A stretch of 64,000 nucleotides of DNA, taken from positions 3,520,001-3,584,000 of the forward strand of contig OY776510.1 of assembly GCA_963675665.1 (NCBI GenBank), written 5' to 3'. Source of the DNA: Spirochaetia bacterium. GTDB taxonomy: Bacteria; Spirochaetota; Spirochaetia; UBA9216. Below, piece by piece: positions 9,198 through 18,368 of the stretch. Position numbers and translations under genes: made by a program. The first letter of the stretch is position 1. Each line of letters opens with the position of its first letter. The notes below the pieces were generated by a model, which was given only the letters and a program-made list of their open reading frames with translations, searched no databases and was not told the origin of the DNA.

Positions 9198-9229
9198 TTG
9201 ACGGAGTGTAGTAATTACTATATAATTAC
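9198..9229 (+). promoter_or_regulatory. Promoter/operator of the MazEF cassette
   Basis: TTGACG-17bp-TATAAT with overlapping TAGTAATTACTA palindrome. Confidence 0.7.
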
Positions 9230-9246
9230 TTTAGTTGAGGTATAAT

Positions 9247-9495
9247 ATGTTAATTTCAGTGGTTCCTATAGGCAATTCAAAAGGAATTCGGATTCCTAAG
9301 AGCATTTTGCAGCAATTAAATATTGAAGAAAAAGTCGAATTGGAAGTTCATAATACAGAAATATTGATACGGCCAATTAAGAAAAAGCCGAGAGAAGGAT
9401 GGTCCGAAGAGTTTATGAAAATGCATCAAAATGGTGATGATTCTTCACTTGTGGACAATTTAACAGGTCAGGATGATTTTGAATGGGAATGGTAA
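9247..9495 (+). CDS. mazE: AbrB/MazE-family antitoxin
   Basis: IGNSKGIRIPK...ILIRP...PREGW motif. Confidence 0.9.
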   Translation: MLISVVPIGNSKGIRIPKSILQQLNIEEKVELEVHNTEILIRPIKKKPREGWSEEFMKMHQNGDDSSLVDNLTGQDDFEWEW

Positions 9496-9812
9496 TCCAT
9501 CAATACGAAGTGTATTTGATAAACTTGGATCCGACTGTTGGTCATGAAATAAAAAAGACAAGACCTTGTTTAGTTATTTCACCAAACGAGATGAATGAAT
9601 CGATCCAGACTATTATAATCGCTCCAATGACAACGAAATCACATCCATATCCAACTCGAGTACCAATTAAATTTGAAAAGAAAGATGGATGGATTGTTTT
9701 AGATCAATTAAGAACAATTGATAGAAAGAGATTAATTAAAAAAATTGGAAAGATAAATAAAAAAGAAGTTGAACTCGTCAAGAATGTACTCCAGGAAATG
9801 TTAATAGATTAA
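9489..9812 (+). CDS. mazF: PemK/MazF endoribonuclease toxin
   Basis: NLDPTVGHEIKKTRPCLVISP...DQLRTIDRKRL. Confidence 0.92.
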   Translation: MVIHQYEVYLINLDPTVGHEIKKTRPCLVISPNEMNESIQTIIIAPMTTKSHPYPTRVPIKFEKKDGWIVLDQLRTIDRKRLIKKIGKINKKEVELVKNVLQEMLID

Positions 9813-9861
9813 AGCCAATCAACATCCTTGTTGCTTGGCTTTGAAGAAGGTTTGTGACTAC

Positions 9862-9949
9862 GCATAAAACAGCAGAATATGAGGCTCCAGCCATTCTGCT
9901 GTCGCCTAAATCGACTATGTCGACTTCGCATATTCGCGGAGTGTTATAT
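9862..9949 (+). repeat. attC site with a 2-nt insertion in R''
   Basis: GCATAAAAC (instead of GCATAAC) AGCAGAATATG...CATATTCGCGGAGT GTTATAT. Confidence 0.75.
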
Positions 9950-10108
9950 GAAAATTACTGGGACATCAAATAATAATAGGTGTATATTTGTTGCGTACGG
10001 ATAAGCGTACGGGGATGTGGAATGAGTAGTATAAATGTAACAAATGCCAGAAAAGATCTTTACAATTTAGTACAAAGGGTAAATTCAACGTAAGCGGTAA
10101 TTCTTACC

Positions 10109-11662
10109 CTATGCCTTAATCAGCCCAGGAGTCAGGTTGAACGGAAGCAGTGCTTCATAATCAGCCGGTGTTTTGCAATTTGGAAGCTGTCTGAAAACGT
10201 AGTAGAAATAATCATAGACCGAGAGGTTCTGCATTTTAGCTGATTCAACAAGGCTGTACAAAATTGCTGAAGATTCGGCGCCGTGTTCTGTATCGGAAAA
10301 CAACCAATTCTTCCTGCCGATCACAAAAGGCCGGATTGCGTTTTCGGCAATGTTGTTAGACGACGTAAGCAGCGGGTCTTCCAAATACAAGTTTAACTGC
10401 TTCCAATTATCCAGCGTATAGGCAATAGCTTTCCCGAAGGCAAGTGTAGGCGGCGTTGCCGCTGCATATTGTGTCAGTAATTCAAATAAGGATTTCAGAA
10501 TCGGAGAAGCCCTGTTCGTCCGTTGTTTTTGAAACCCTTTCTTAGAAAAATCAGCTCTTAAATCTTCAAGCTCAAAAAGTTTCTTAATCAATTCGAGTAT
10601 CTGTTTTGCATCCGGAGATTTAGACAGCTCCCAATACTTGTAGAAATATCTACGGGCATGAGCCCAGCACAAAACATGACGAATAGATTTATTTCCTTCA
10701 TCGCTTAGTTTTTTCAATGCAGTGTGATAAGCCTCATAATCATCAGTCTGCAGCCAGCCGGAATATTCTTGCAGGAAATCATACGGAACTTTATGAGAGC
10801 GGCTTGTTTCATACTGAAACACAACAGATTTTTTATCAGTCTCTCCACCAAGAAATACCCACATCCAGGATTTATCCTGTGCTTTACGACCTTTTTCTTT
10901 CAAAACCTGCACCCGGGTTTCATCAGCATTGATTACTGGACCGTTTTTAATATTATCTTTAAGCAGCTCATATAGCGGCTTGCATCTTTCAGCGCATTTA
11001 ATTGCCAATGTGCTCAGTGTTGCACGTGGAATATCCGCACCTATCGCATTCAACCTCTTACTCTGTCGATAAAACGGCAGCGCATATTCAAACTTCTCAT
11101 TTATAATCCATGCAAGCAGGCTTTCATCGGCAATACTTCCGGAAATGAGGTGTTTAATCCCTTCTGCTGTCTGTACTCCGGATGAATCATCAGTTGTTCC
11201 TTCACAATTTCGGCAGACATATTTTTTCTTTATCTCACGTCTGACGACTACTTTCGCAGGAACGATGCAGAGTCGTTCAGATACATCTTCACCTATACAA
11301 ACCTTCTCGGTACCACAGGCACAGGTTTTATCTTCTTCATCGATATCGTATTCAACAATCTCGCGAGGCAGGTCTTCAGAAAGCGCTTTTCTTCCCGAGT
11401 TCTTTCGAACTGTTTTTGTGTGGGCTTTTACTTCAAGGGTTTCTGATTCTATTTCATCCTGCTGCTCAAATGCGGAATCTTCTGCTTCGTTGAAAAGGGA
11501 CGCCTGCTTCTTATCTTCACTGGTAAATTTCTCAGATTTTGTTCCGAAGTGAAGAGTCTGCAGGAGGTGTACCAGTTCTTTCAATTCGGTAATCTGATTA
11601 TCCTGATTTTGGACTGTTTGTTTGAGTTGAGCAATTTCGTTAAGCAAGGCTTCAGTACTCAC
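10109..11662 (-). CDS. tnpC: IS66 transposase TnpC
   Basis: Leucine zipper, zinc finger, ADETRVQVL, CWAHARRYF, NNIAENAIRPFVIGRKNWLF. Confidence 0.95.
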   Translation of the reverse strand: MSTEALLNEIAQLKQTVQNQDNQITELKELVHLLQTLHFGTKSEKFTSEDKKQASLFNEAEDSAFEQQDEIESETLEVKAHTKTVRKNSGRKALSEDLPREIVEYDIDEEDKTCACGTEKVCIGEDVSERLCIVPAKVVVRREIKKKYVCRNCEGTTDDSSGVQTAEGIKHLISGSIADESLLAWIINEKFEYALPFYRQSKRLNAIGADIPRATLSTLAIKCAERCKPLYELLKDNIKNGPVINADETRVQVLKEKGRKAQDKSWMWVFLGGETDKKSVVFQYETSRSHKVPYDFLQEYSGWLQTDDYEAYHTALKKLSDEGNKSIRHVLCWAHARRYFYKYWELSKSPDAKQILELIKKLFELEDLRADFSKKGFQKQRTNRASPILKSLFELLTQYAAATPPTLAFGKAIAYTLDNWKQLNLYLEDPLLTSSNNIAENAIRPFVIGRKNWLFSDTEHGAESSAILYSLVESAKMQNLSVYDYFYYVFRQLPNCKTPADYEALLPFNLTPGLIKA

Positions 11663-11700
11663 ATAAGAATTTTACCACGGTTAAATTCGAGTGTGAAGCC

Positions 11701-12045
11701 CTAAACGCGGGAATAATTTAATTGCTTATGCGCTTTAAAGAAATCTATTCCATCAAGCAGCATCTTCAACTCTTCGAACTTTATCTCCCTCGCGTCTTCT
11801 TCCGTTTCCGGCCAGGGGAACTTATTCTTTTCAAGTCTTTTCTGCCAAAGACAGAATCCGTTCCGATCCCAGTAAACGATTTTAAGCAGCTTTCTTTTGC
11901 CGTTGCAGAATAGAAACAGACTTTTTGAGAACGGGTCGTTCTGCATTATATTCTGAATCTGCAGGCTCAGACCGTTCACACCTTTTCGTAAATCAGTTTT
12001 CCCGGGTCTGACGAAGTAACGGTATTCTGAGTAATCGATAATCAT
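11701..12045 (-). CDS. tnpB: IS66 accessory protein TnpB
   Basis: TDLRKGVNGL...LKIVYWDRNGFCLWQKRLE. Confidence 0.95.
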   Translation of the reverse strand: MIIDYSEYRYFVRPGKTDLRKGVNGLSLQIQNIMQNDPFSKSLFLFCNGKRKLLKIVYWDRNGFCLWQKRLEKNKFPWPETEEDAREIKFEELKMLLDGIDFFKAHKQLNYSRV

Positions 12046-12341
12046 TCGAGCTCCCCGATTACTTTAAGAACTGATTTCAGCCCGGCTTCATCAAATCCGG
12101 CAGTTATTGATATTAAGAACTTTTTGGTTTTTATAACTATTGGGGCGGCTGAGAAGATTCCATTTGGTTTTATTTCAACAACTGAAGAACTTCCGGGTGC
12201 TTCCTGATTGCCAATAATTTTCCTGTTTTTATAAAACGTGTTTGGATGAATCCCGATCTCTTTACAGAACTCTAAAATCGTCTTACCGCTTTGCTGTTGT
12301 TGCTCAATGACTTCTTCCCAATTATTTATTACCTTTCGCAT
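12042..12341 (-). CDS. tnpA: IS66 TnpA
   Basis: WEEVIEQQQQSGKTILEFCKEIGIHPNTFY HTH; first gene of the element. Confidence 0.85.
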   Translation of the reverse strand: MRKVINNWEEVIEQQQQSGKTILEFCKEIGIHPNTFYKNRKIIGNQEAPGSSSVVEIKPNGIFSAAPIVIKTKKFLISITAGFDEAGLKSVLKVIGELE

Positions 12342-12654
12342 TTATTTCCTCCTGGTTAATAATTCCGGAGGATAATACATTTTTATATTTTAGCAAGAAG
12401 GTAAGAATTACCGCTTACAATTCAACTCATGAACCTGTAGAAATCACCGGCAAAGAATCTAATGCGATTTTGATAGGTGAAGAAGATTGGCGTAGCATAC
12501 AGGAGACACTCTATCTTTCTACTGTCCCTGGTATGAGAAAATCAATAATCGAAGGCATGAAAACAAAAGCGAAAGAAGTCCTAAAAATCCTTAAAGAAGA
12601 ACCATTTCAAGATTATCCGCCTTATGAGAAACTTATTGGTGAGGTGAAATCTTG

Positions 12655-12816
12655 AATATTGTTGAAAATCCAAATCAAGAGCAATATCCAGGGCAGAGAT
12701 TTTTTATTTTAGATATCAATGAATATATTTATTGCGTTACATTTGTTGAAGATGAAAAGACGGTTTTCCTTAAAACCATAATTCCAGGTCGCAAATACAC
12801 AAGAAAGTATTTATGA
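12655..12816 (+). pseudogene. C-terminal remnant of a BrnT-like toxin
   Basis: NIVENPNQEQYPGQRFFILDINEYIYCVTFVEDEKTVFLKTIIPGRKYTRKYL*. Confidence 0.7.
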
Positions 12817-12826
12817 GGAAAGAAAG

Positions 12827-13039
12827 ATGAAAAACAATCTGACTCGAGAAGAAATCAATATTATTGAAGATATGGAATCTGGAAAAACTGTTTCAATTAT
12901 GGATTTGAAGAAAGAAAAGAAGAGATATAGTGAATATACAGCAAAAACTGTAAGAAAAGATAAAAGAGTTAATATCCGAATAAGTATACGACTACGCCGT
13001 ATATCTCATAACCCCGGGACGTCAGCCGCAATTGAATAG
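12827..13039 (+). pseudogene. Truncated BrnA-like/RHH antitoxin running into an attC remnant
   Basis: ...RKDKRVNIRIS, then attC-derived sequence. Confidence 0.65.
12984..13027 (+). repeat. Right-arm attC remnant with a mutated core (GTC)
   Basis: CGCCGTATATCTCATAACCCCGGGAC GTCAGCC matches the right arm of the main family. Confidence 0.7.
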
Positions 13040-13049
13040 GATGTGATTA

Positions 13050-13421
13050 ATGAAAAGTCGAAATGAATTTGATTTGCCCCAAGCCATCCAGGAATGGGGT
13101 TGGAAATTCCATCACGTAGGGATTCCAACAAATGAAAAAAAGATGAACGAAGAATACCTAAAAAAATTTAAATTTTCAGTATCGGGTTTTTCAGAGAGTC
13201 CTTTTGGTATTGAATGGATGAGATTTGAAGCTGAATGTGAAATGCCAGAAATAATACAGCAAGTACCACACTTGGCATTTGTTGTAAATGATCTTGATTT
13301 TGAATTGAAAACAAAAAATTTTAAAATACTGATAGAACCGAATCCTCCTATGAAAGGAATCAGAGTTGCCATGATAGAGCATAATGGAGCGCCAATAGAA
13401 TTGATGGAATTAACTACGTGA
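13050..13421 (+). CDS. VOC/glyoxalase-like protein
   Basis: FHHVGIPT...PHLAFVVNDL...GAPIELME. Confidence 0.8.
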   Translation: MKSRNEFDLPQAIQEWGWKFHHVGIPTNEKKMNEEYLKKFKFSVSGFSESPFGIEWMRFEAECEMPEIIQQVPHLAFVVNDLDFELKTKNFKILIEPNPPMKGIRVAMIEHNGAPIELMELTT

Positions 13422-13595
13422 AATTAATCTGAAACCAACTAGGGAATATCCGATAAGCCAAAACGAGCTTGGTAACAGGCTATATTTTTCTCAAATAAGT
13501 CATTATCATCGACATTTAACAAGGATTTGATTAGAGGTCATCACTCCACTCCGCTGTGAAATATGATCGAAGTTGCGAAAATACTAAGATTTGTT

Positions 13596-13793
13596 TTATT
13601 TTTTTAATCGGTCAGTCGTCGAAAAAATATTTTTATCAATTTTGTAGTTCGACATAATTTCAAAACCGACGCCCATCCCAGGTATTGAGCAAACGGGAAT
13701 AACCGCCATGTTGATGGTGTCTATATCGCGGTAGCCAATATGCTTTTTATCAAGGAGCATCATAATAATGCTGACAAGCCTGTCAATTTTCAT
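13596..13793 (-). pseudogene. Remnant of a YafY/WYL-family HTH regulator
   Basis: MKIDRLVSIIMMLL...YRDIDTINMA.IPV; HTH internally deleted and WYL domain missing. Confidence 0.7.
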
Positions 13794-13899
13794 CTGATAA
13801 TTGCCTTGCAAATATTTTTTATTGTTGCCATAGTGTTGTCAACATTTATATGTATAATTGGAAAATAAACTTATCAATCTGCTTTAAGGAGGACCCACT

Positions 13900-14391
13900 A
13901 TGCAGAAAAAAGCCCTGGTAATAATTGATATTCAAAATGACATAACAAAGAATTACAAGGATGTTATCGATAATATTAATAGAGCTATTGATTGGGCTGT
14001 CAATAATAATGTTCATGTTGTTTATATAAGGCATGAAAATTTATCAGCCGGCACAAGAACTTTTAAACCCGATACTCGTGGAGCTGATTTTCCATCAGAT
14101 TTAAAAATGGTATCAAAAAATGTTTTTACAAAAAACAAAGGAAACGCGTTAACCAGTGAAGAACTTTCAAATTTCATTATGGAAAATGGAATATGTGATT
14201 TCTACATAACAGGCGCAGATGCTGTTGCTTGTGTAAAATCAACCTGTTATAATTTACGAAAAGCAAATTATGGCGTTAATGTCCTGTCAGATTGCATTAC
14301 CAGTTATGATAAAAAGAAAATAGTTGAAATGCTGAACTATTATGAAAGTAAAGGCTGTAAAAATATTTGTTTAAATGACATATTAGATTAA
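13900..14391 (+). CDS. Isochorismatase-family cysteine hydrolase
   Basis: KALVIIDIQND...ACVKST. Confidence 0.9.
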   Translation: MQKKALVIIDIQNDITKNYKDVIDNINRAIDWAVNNNVHVVYIRHENLSAGTRTFKPDTRGADFPSDLKMVSKNVFTKNKGNALTSEELSNFIMENGICDFYITGADAVACVKSTCYNLRKANYGVNVLSDCITSYDKKKIVEMLNYYESKGCKNICLNDILD

Positions 14392-14499
14392 GATTGCTTA
14401 ATATTTATCTCTTTAAACAGCGGCGTTTTCTTGCCCACGGTTTTGTTCAGTTATCGACTTAAAAGGTAATATTTTTTCCTGACAAAAGAAGGAGTTAAA

Positions 14500-15315
14500 A
14501 TGAAAAACGATAAGATCGATTTGAAGGGTGTCCATGAAACTTTACTGATGCCCTTATGGGGAAGAGCAACGGAAACTAAATCAAAAAAACCACTACTTAT
14601 TGATACTGAAGCTGTTCGAATAATAGATTCAATCAATTATGATTTCACTAGAATTGAAAAAAAAGTAAACCAGATAAGCAAAGCATCATGGATTGCAAGA
14701 AGCATATACTTTGATGAGAAAATTAAAGACTACTTGATAAAAAATCCGAACGGAACGATTATAAATATAGGCTGTGGTTTGGATACCACGTATGAACGTG
14801 TAAATAATGAGAAAGCAATCTGGTATGAATTAGATTTTCCGGAAGTCATAGAATTTAGAAAACAACTTATTAAAGAAACTAACAACCGAATATTTTTACC
14901 ATTTTCTGTATTGGATAAAAAATGGTATTCCCTGTTAAATAATAAAGATTTTGTTATTATCATGATGGCTGGTGTTATATATTATTTTGATGAGAATAAT
15001 GTACGAAGATTGTTTGAAATGTTTATTAATAATTTTAAGACAGCAATTGTTATTTTTGATTACAGCTCTAAAAAGGGTATACAACTAGCAAATAAAAAAG
15101 TCATCGATGAGAGTGGAATGGATAAATCATCATATCTAAAATGGGGAGTTGATGATATTAAAGAGATAGAAAAATGGGATACGAAAATTAAAGTTATTGA
15201 CAACATGAAAATGTTTAATGATATTAAGAGTAAATACCCATTTAAGAGAAAAATTGGAATGTCTATATCAGATCGTCTTTCAATTATGTCATTAGCCAGA
15301 ATAATTATAGAATGA
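14500..15315 (+). CDS. SAM-dependent methyltransferase (LCM/TcmP-like)
   Basis: ETLLMPLWGRA, INIGCGLDT, WYELDFPEVI. Confidence 0.9.
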   Translation: MKNDKIDLKGVHETLLMPLWGRATETKSKKPLLIDTEAVRIIDSINYDFTRIEKKVNQISKASWIARSIYFDEKIKDYLIKNPNGTIINIGCGLDTTYERVNNEKAIWYELDFPEVIEFRKQLIKETNNRIFLPFSVLDKKWYSLLNNKDFVIIMMAGVIYYFDENNVRRLFEMFINNFKTAIVIFDYSSKKGIQLANKKVIDESGMDKSSYLKWGVDDIKEIEKWDTKIKVIDNMKMFNDIKSKYPFKRKIGMSISDRLSIMSLARIIIE

Positions 15316-15655
15316 TTATTTATCCATTCTCGATTTGGGAGCCGGTACAGGCTTGTTGTACCAGCATTTTTTTGCATATTATCCTGATTCAAAATATATC
15401 TTAATTGATATTTCCGAGGGAATGTTAAAAGTAGCCAGGCAACGTTTCTCTGAAAACCAGAATTCTGATTTTATTACAGAGGATTATTCAAGAAAACTTC
15501 CTGATGAAAATTTGGACTTAATATGTTCGACACTTTCAATTCATCATATGGAAGATAGTGATAAACAATTGCTTTACAATCTGGTTTTTGAAAAACTCAC
15601 TGATAAAGGTTGTTTTATCAATTTGGAGTCGTCGTCGGGTTTAAAAGGAGCTTAA
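15311..15655 (+). pseudogene. Class I SAM methyltransferase fragment
   Basis: ILDLGAGTG, DISEGML and STLSIHH motifs; no proper start and truncated C-terminus. Confidence 0.7.
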
Positions 15656-15801
15656 ATAATTAGAAATTTATCTACTCATATCTGTACATCTGCTGAAAAT
15701 GTAATTACTTACTAACCAATGGAAATAACAGACTGCACAGCCGTTCGCTAAAATCACTTTGCTCTTTTGGGTAGAAAGAGTAATATAAAAAGGAGAAAGT
15801 A

Positions 15802-16245
15802 ATGAGAATAGAAAAAATTTACAATAACAAAAAGCAATACCTTGATTTGTTACTATTGGCGGACGAGCAGGAGGAAATGATTGACAGGTATCTGGAAACC
15901 GGCGATATGTTTGCATTATACGATGATGATCTGAAAACTGTTTGTGTTGTTATGGCGATAGACAAAGAAACCTGCGAATTGAAAAACATAGCAACATATA
16001 AAAAATATCAAGGGAAGGGATATGCCAGGGCTATGATAAAGTTTGTCTCAAATTATTATAAGAACAACTATAAGATAATGCTTGTCGGAACAGGAGAAAC
16101 CCCGCCAATATTGTCATTTTATGAAAGTTGCGGATTTGAGAAATCTCATTTTATAAGGAATTTTTTTACAGATAATTATGATCACCCAATGTTTGATGAC
16201 GGTATACAACTGATTGATATGATTTATCTGAAGAAAAAATTATAA
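15802..16245 (+). CDS. GNAT N-acetyltransferase
   Basis: [17 protein letters not shown]...QGKGYA, FYESCGF. Confidence 0.9.
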   Translation: MRIEKIYNNKKQYLDLLLLADEQEEMIDRYLETGDMFALYDDDLKTVCVVMAIDKETCELKNIATYKKYQGKGYARAMIKFVSNYYKNNYKIMLVGTGETPPILSFYESCGFEKSHFIRNFFTDNYDHPMFDDGIQLIDMIYLKKKL

Positions 16246-16369
16246 ATACCTGATGCAAACAAATATATATCCGAACACATTCGAATCAACACTCCATGAG
16301 TTGCCGTATACTGATCTTGACAAAACATAGCAATGTATAAGAAATAGTTTACTTAACAAAGGAAAAAAA

Positions 16370-16999
16370 TTGAGAATAAACATACTATTTAAAGGTTATA
16401 TTACCGGTTTGATCTTACAATTAGCAATAGGACCTGTATTCCTGTTTATTTTAAATTTATCATTGGAATTTGGTTTCCTGAAAGGATTTTTTGCTGTACT
16501 GGGAGTGACCCTGGTTGATTACCTGTACATCATATTGGCTATATATGGAGCAGGGAAGCTTCTTGATAAATCGAGATTTAAAAAACTATTCTTAATAGTA
16601 AGTTCCGTTATTCTCATTATTTTCGGTATAATCCTTATCAGGAAAGGATTCTTATTCAGCATGCATGAGCAAATTGATTTAAATAATTTATCATTATTTC
16701 AATGCTTTGCAAGTACGTTCATCCTGACAATCTCCAATCCTTTAACCATTATTTTCTGGACAAGTATTTTTACAAATAAATCTATTGAATATTCATTGAC
16801 CCGTAAAGAATTGTTCCCTTTCGGGTTATCTGCAGGCTTTGCAACCCTAAGTTTTCTTGGCACTTCAGTTTTAATATTTTCTTTGTTAAATACGTTAATT
16901 CCATCAGTTTTAATACAAATCCTTAATATAATTGTTGGATCGATTTTAATTTGTTTTGGTACAGTACGTATTATAATGTCGAAAACCATAAACGCCTGA
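16370..16999 (+). CDS. LysE-family exporter
   Basis: LAIGPV, LTISNPLTIIFW; about 6 TM segments. Confidence 0.88.
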   Translation: MRINILFKGYITGLILQLAIGPVFLFILNLSLEFGFLKGFFAVLGVTLVDYLYIILAIYGAGKLLDKSRFKKLFLIVSSVILIIFGIILIRKGFLFSMHEQIDLNNLSLFQCFASTFILTISNPLTIIFWTSIFTNKSIEYSLTRKELFPFGLSAGFATLSFLGTSVLIFSLLNTLIPSVLIQILNIIVGSILICFGTVRIIMSKTINA

Positions 17000-17216
17000 A
17001 CATACTACTTTTATGCCAATATGCCATATAAAAGTGGCATTTTCATTGAAAGATGCCACATTTTTATTAATTGACGATTAATTATTTTTCTTATATAACT
17101 TCATTTAAGAAGTTTTATGGTTGCGGTTAATGTTTATATATTACCTTTTAGTTATTTGGTAATGTTAATTATTAAAATTAAAAATAAAAAAGAGAAAAGA
17201 AACAGGAGATAATACG

Positions 17217-18179
17217 TTGATAAGAAAAAAAAGAATTATTTTATGTGTTATTGCAGCAATTTTAATCTTTATAATAATAAACAATTTCTCTTTTCAGGGA
17301 CATTCCGGATCATCACAAACAATATCGGTTTTAGCCCATAGAGGTATGGCTCAGACTTTTGATATTGGAAAAGTCAAATGGGACACGAATACTGCTGCAA
17401 TTATATATAAACCGGAACATGATTTTCTTGAGAATACCATACCTTCCATGATGGCTGCTTTTGATTATGGAGCAGATCTTGTTGAATTCGATATTCGAAC
17501 TACCAAAGACAAAAAACTTGTTGTTTTTCATGATTATCTGGTAGATTACAGAACCGAAAAGAAAGGTAACGTATCAGATTACACCCTGGAAGAATTACAG
17601 AAAATGGATATCGGTTACGGTTATACTTACGATAATGGTAACACCTTTCCTTTTAGATCAAAAGGTGTTGGGTTAATGCCTTCGTTCGACGATGTATTAA
17701 AAGAGTTTCCCCAAAAAGAATTTCTTATACATATTAAAGATAACGGTCCTGAAATTGGAAATTTGCTTATTGAAAAATTCAGGGAAATGAACGATGAAAC
17801 AGTCGGCTTATATTCCATCTATGGAAATGATGAAGCAATTGCCCTTATTAAAAAAGAATATCCTGAAATGAAAGCGATGACAGCACAAATGTTAAAAAAA
17901 GCTTTGATTCAGTATCTTCTTGTTGGTTGGACCGGATATACTCCCAAAAGTATACGTAATATGGAAATTCATATCCCGATAGAATATACAAAATTAATAT
18001 GGGGCTGGCCTGCGAAATTTCTTGACCGGATGAATAAGGCCGGCAGCAGAGTTGTTCTTATACGGAAGATCGGTCCATGGACAGGCGGTTTTGATTCAAT
18101 TGAAGAAATTAAAGATATTCCGGCTGGTTATAACGGGTATATTATGACTGACCGAATCGACAGGATTCAGCCCTTTTAG
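17217..18179 (+). CDS. Glycerophosphodiester phosphodiesterase family protein
   Basis: LAHRG, ENT, VEFDIRTTKD..LVVFHD; N-terminal anchor. Confidence 0.9.
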   Translation: MIRKKRIILCVIAAILIFIIINNFSFQGHSGSSQTISVLAHRGMAQTFDIGKVKWDTNTAAIIYKPEHDFLENTIPSMMAAFDYGADLVEFDIRTTKDKKLVVFHDYLVDYRTEKKGNVSDYTLEELQKMDIGYGYTYDNGNTFPFRSKGVGLMPSFDDVLKEFPQKEFLIHIKDNGPEIGNLLIEKFREMNDETVGLYSIYGNDEAIALIKKEYPEMKAMTAQMLKKALIQYLLVGWTGYTPKSIRNMEIHIPIEYTKLIWGWPAKFLDRMNKAGSRVVLIRKIGPWTGGFDSIEEIKDIPAGYNGYIMTDRIDRIQPF

Positions 18180-18368
18180 CATTAGTTTGACAGTTGACAT
18201 TAAAATTGATTAAATGTACCATTTCTTCAGGTAAAAATCTAATTCCTGTAAAAACCATTTTATTCCAGCCACACTGATTATTCATATTTTTTTCAATTAT
18301 TCCCCGGCAATTACATTATTATTTTTATCCACTGAAATTTAAATTTTATATCAATGTTGGAGGTTTCA

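Larger units (their letters stand above)
10090..12418 (-). mobile_element. IS66-family element, 2329 bp, apparently intact
   Basis: 19-bp perfect IR GTAAGCGGTAATTCTTACC; 8-bp target duplication AATTCAAC (10082-10089, 12419-12426); three genes. Confidence 0.97.
10022..12655 (+). pseudogene. YefM-family antitoxin split by IS66 and fused by deletion to a YoeB/Txe toxin fragment
   Basis: MSSINVTNARKDLYNLVQRVNS | IS66 | THEPVEITGKESNAILIGEEDWRSIQETLYL...EGMKT joined to KAKEVLKILKEEPFQDYPPYEKLIG (YoeB-like); CGTACG operator repeats at ~9995-10012. Confidence 0.85.
761..13027 (+). mobile_element. Integron gene-cassette array (integrase not in window; CALIN or distal part of a chromosomal integron)
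   Basis: Repeated palindromic elements bounded by ...TAAC and GTTA... separate single co-oriented genes or TA pairs; each cassette's first bases complement the R'' of its own attC. Confidence 0.9.

Noticed and set aside
11701-12045. TnpB as an RNA-guided nuclease
   Set aside because: This is the 114-aa IS66 accessory TnpB, unrelated to the IS200/IS605 RuvC TnpB
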